DNA of 40,790 nucleotides from Pelomyxa schiedti (taxonomy: Eukaryota > Protista > Evosea), in NCBI GenBank assembly GCA_020536535.1, contig JAHLWZ010000106.1, positions 1 through 40,790 of the forward strand. Direction: 5' to 3'. Both the position numbers and the translations under genes were made by a program. The notes under the pieces were generated by a model. It was not told the DNA's origin, made no database searches, and saw only the letters and a list, made by a program, of their open reading frames with translations. Numbering within the stretch: position 1 is the first letter of the stretch; the number at the start of each line of letters is the position of its first letter. Of the stretch, positions 37,233-40,790 are shown piece by piece.

Positions 37233-39230
37233 ATGGCATTCTCGCAGGTGTTTGTTGTCAATTCTCGTGGGGAGACCATCATATTTAGAGACTGTACACT
37301 CCCATCCCCCTTCCCACAATTCGTTGTTATCCAGCACAAACCTGCAAATCTATTTGATGTGTTGTTTTTCCTTTTGGCTGTTCCTTATTTTTGAAAGATA
37401 GGGGAGATGTGCCCAAGACCACGTCTGAAGTTTTCTTCAGGGAAGTCATTGCCTCGAAATCGGATCCCCCTCCCAGCCTGGTTCCTATCCCATAATCTCT
37501 ATGAGATGGAATAATAGGGACACCCACACACTAAGTATTTCATATATACAAAAACTCAAAACAAATAGGATTAGTGTTAACAACACTCCACAACGTAGAA
37601 CATTGATGGAATAAACTACAATTATGTGAGGCAGAAGGGACTGTACTGGGTTCTAACTAGCGTGGCTAATGTATCACCTTCGCATGCCGCTGAGCTTCTT
37701 TGTTCACTCGAGGTGCTTGTGAGGACACAGTGCGGAGTTTCAAGCGAGGAATCATTGAGAAGGAATGCGGCACTGGTGTATGAACTGCTGGACGAAGCGA
37801 TTGATTTTGGATATCCACAGTCCACCACCAGTGATTCTCTTCGCGCTTGTATTTGTAATACTCCAGCAGAAGTAGGAGTCCCCACTCTAAGCTCTGAGAA
37901 GCGGGTGTGTAATTGGAACAGTGTCACTTTACGAGCACTTAAACCTTAAGAAGGTGATAGACATTATTGCTGCCCAAGCTCCGAGTGTCATTGAGCGACT
38001 CTCAGGAGGTAGTGCTGTCTCTACCTCAGTGAAATCAGCGCAAAGGCCTGTTACAGCTCCTTCAACAAAGAAGGAGGTATTCGTTGATCTGTCTGAGAGG
38101 TTAACTGTAACACTATCCGCTACGGTATTATCATTACTTTGATTGGAAGAAACCAACATTATTTACAGGGTCAGACAGTGGCAGCTCAGGTAGATGGAAA
38201 TGTAACTATGAGAAATTTCCTTTCAAGTGTACCGGACGTGTTTCTTTCCCTCAATGAAGACCTTGTACTTGGAAGTACCACTGGGCGGTCTAGAGGTAAC
38301 TCTTCAGGGTGAAGTTTTTGTTCACTTAACTGTGCTAGTATCCGGAAGTACTATTCTTGATGACTGCAATTTCCATGAATGCGTAAATTCCGAGAACTTT
38401 GAAAGAGATAAAACTATTTCCTTCTCTCCCCCACCTGGTAATTTTGATCTCCAAACACCGCCATGTCCTAAGAGCATTACAGGGGAGATTGTCGTTATGA
38501 GATATCGAATCGACAATGTTGATCATCTGCCATTTCACATATCCCCGTTTGTGGAAGAGGTATCTCCAACAAAAATAGATTTGACCATACAGGTGACCAA
38601 TTGCGGCACTCGCCTTATTCCACCCACCTAACTTGAGTGTAGATCACAGCGGATATGCCTGCCCAGAAGCATGCCTCAAATGTTGTACTTCAATGCCCAG
38701 TTCCAAAATCAACTTCCAAGTATCAACTACATACTCGGCCTAATTTCCCAACCATTCCTTAGTGTCTTCTTTCAGACCCAAAGTGGCACAACTGAGTTTT
38801 CACCAATGCAAGGTGCCATTCTATGGAAAATAAAGCGGCTCCCGGGTGAGTCGGAACACACACTTCGTGCAAAGGTGTGCATGATCTATGACTTTTTTTT
38901 AAACCTTCTACTGTTACCCTTAACCTTCACTTTCACAGCTCACCACAGAAAGCCCAATTGTTGGAGCAGTAAAGAAAGAAATCGGACCCATAACGTAAGC
39001 ATCGCGAGCCCTTTCCAAACAACTTACCAACCCACAGAATGTCATTTGACATCCCTCAATGGAACTGCACAAACGTTGCTATAAGGTTGGCGCAATGATA
39101 TTATTCGTGAAAGACTTAGGCAATCTTCTCTCCTCATAGGAACCTGAACGTTGATGATCACACCGCCAAAGGGCCTTACCGTTGGATAAGGATTATCACA
39201 ACCTCACAATCCTATGTACGTCGGCTATGA
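37233..39230 (+). CDS. AP4M1: AP-4 adaptor complex medium (mu) subunit, multi-exon
   Basis: Exons give MAFSQVFVVNSRGETIIFRD/YRGDVPKTTSEVFFR, NVSPSHAAELL, RNAALVYELLDEAIDFGYPQ, EVFVDLSERLTV, LDDCNFHECV, VMRYRI, LWKIKRLPGESE and YRWIRIITTSQSYVRRL-stop. The FRDYRGDVPK, LDDCNFHECV and RW..SY blocks best fit mu4 among adaptor mu chains. Confidence 0.88.
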
Positions 39231-39635
39231 TTATATACGTTATTATATACTGTACTTCCTCCCAAACAAAGCCACTGTAATGAGTGATGAAAGTTTTTTC
39301 TTAACCACTACTCACAACTGTGGTGGCCATTATTCTACCCACAGTGCTTGTGCCCACTCAGGCGTGCATCACTTCCGAGAAAACTTTTCGGGGGTTTAAT
39401 AAACGAAACAAGATCATGTGGCTGAATAAAATAATCAACAGACCGGAACGCTGTCATTTTCGTTATCGTCGCTCAGGATCGGCGGTCTGGTGTTTTTTTT
39501 ATTCAGCCATGTCGCGGTTCGACACACATTCGCTGTTCAAGGGTAAGAAGGAGAGATAAAACAAAATTGAATGATGGGACCATGGTGGCGATGAACAACA
39601 ACTAACGATGGTGTGCCGGTTTTTTTCCTCCATTA

Positions 39636-39952
39636 CTACGACCATGTTTCCAGCACACCCGTGGCACGGTATGTGTTGCCTGTTTTGGCTTGGTTTTTAA
39701 AATGTTGATCGCACCGCGTGTCGTTGCAATGATGGGTTTTGTTATTTTTATTTTTAGTATTGTGTTGTTGTGGACAATAATAAAGTATCAATATCTCTGT
39801 AGGCGTACCTATTGGAAACAAGGCACCCAGTGTTGTGACCGCTTTTATTGAGATGGTTCCTTCTGACTCGGTGAAGGTTTGTGCTGTGCCACATGCAACA
39901 TCGTTCTGATGTATTTCTTTTTTATGTTGCTGCAAACAGTATGAAGTGGACA
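39636..39952 (-). CDS. Possible 3' exons of an unidentified gene truncated by the gap
   Basis: Open segments read KEIHQNDVACGTAQTFTESEGTISIKAVTTLGALFP and NQAKTGNTYRATGVLETWS-stop. No family is recognised. Confidence 0.25.
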
Positions 39953-40052
39953 NNNNNNNNNNNNNNNNNNNNNNNNNNNNNNNNNNNNNNNNNNNNNNNN
40001 NNNNNNNNNNNNNNNNNNNNNNNNNNNNNNNNNNNNNNNNNNNNNNNNNNNN
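39953..40052. other. Assembly gap (100 N)
   Basis: Run of exactly 100 N. Confidence 0.99.
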
Positions 40053-40788
<736 letters not shown>

Positions 40789-40790
40789 GG

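Noticed and set aside
37327-37527. Minus-strand ORF MGVPIIP...MTSLKKTSDVV as the start of the 35720 gene
   Set aside because: The plus strand here encodes the conserved AP-4 mu exon YRGDVPKTTSEVFFR.

Overview
This is eukaryotic DNA from a compact, intron-rich genome with short GT-AG introns and small intergenic spacers. It looks protist-like, but the taxon cannot be fixed from the sequence alone. Three 100-N gaps are present. All gene models were spliced by hand, so exon boundaries are approximate. Recognisable housekeeping genes are exportin-1/CRM1 (5' end lost in a gap), an 8-unit polyubiquitin, DJ-1/PfpI, the AP-4 mu subunit and a GNAT acetyltransferase. Also present are a very large RS-rich/LRR protein, a GPI-type Ser/Thr mucin and several orphans. 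The most striking part is 9.1-22.5 kb, where four consecutive genes are all ubiquitin-related. They are a protein with a C-terminal RING, the polyubiquitin (last unit ends LRLL-stop with no Gly-Gly), a bacterial-type vWA domain fused to a U-box, and a rifampicin-phosphotransferase/PigC-like enzyme (ATP-grasp + substrate domain + phospho-His swivel) fused to a C-terminal RING. The last two fusions are fragmented by introns and are not visible in the ORF track. Pieces of this block recur in diverged form at both ends of the window.
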